DNA of 64,000 nt, taken from the NCBI GenBank assembly GCA_030390025.1, contig CM059432.1, positions 149,732,001 through 149,796,000 on the forward strand, given 5' to 3'. Shown here in pieces: positions 63,511 through 64,000 of this stretch (positions are counted from its first letter, which is position 1; the number at the start of each line of letters is the position of its first letter). Source of the DNA: Squalus acanthias. Lineage: Eukaryota. The notes under the pieces were generated by a model. It searched no databases and was not told the origin of the DNA. It was given only the letters and a program-made list of their open reading frames with translations. Made by a program: the position numbers and the translations under genes.

Positions 63511-64000
63511 ATAAATGCTAATTATTTCAGTATCTAAATGCTCACTAGGATTTTTTTATTTGTTTTTTTCCCCCCAGTGCTTGTTAAAATGTATTTAGCT
63601 TTTTGCTCTTTGTTCTGTTTCAAGACCTAGTTTGTATATATATTTTATGTAAAATTTGAAGTGAATATAGGATTTTACAAATCCAGCAGCAATGTCCCAG
63701 CTATGCCTCAGATTGTGCTCCAAGATGTGTAGGATCCCAGAGCTTTCAGCCACAGGACATTACCTCAGACTCCTAGACAATCTACTTGTACAGTATAGCC
63801 GCTTCTAAAATTGCCACAGCATCACTTATAAACAATATATCAACAATGGCAGTAGTCCGTTGTACGTCCAACCCCAACATATGCCAGTAACACACTAATA
63901 TATTTCAGTAGCCCTCCAAAATACAGTCAACTACACCCTCATGATACAAAAGAACCCCAAAACACAAAAAAGCCCTGCCCCCAAAATGCGCTCAATGTTC

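Overview
Repeat-dominated vertebrate genomic DNA, very probably a shark or other cartilaginous fish (inferred from the repeat repertoire). Most of the window is nested transposable-element debris. It includes one near full-length CR1 LINE (31393-35646), many CR1 3' fragments, a second LINE family, L2 and RTE fragments, DeuSINE (SacSINE1-like) copies, a decayed Gypsy LTR element, two Penelope-like families, many PIF/Harbinger elements, a hAT element and a pogo/Tigger MITE. The only well-supported host-gene signal is a CpG island at about 23.6-24.2 kb with a minus-strand first coding exon (45 codons, gene not identified); there is also a candidate 45-nt exon at 58158-58202. Most notable: (1) several minimal type I hammerhead ribozyme motifs in Penelope termini that show structure-preserving variation; (2) two different Harbinger elements inserted at the same nucleotide of a Penelope hammerhead; (3) a 2.3-kb G/purine-rich repeat array directly after the first exon's donor, and an in-frame Met-Pro-stop uORF. 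All calls were made by eye without alignments or searches. Boundaries are approximate unless a TSD or TIR is quoted.
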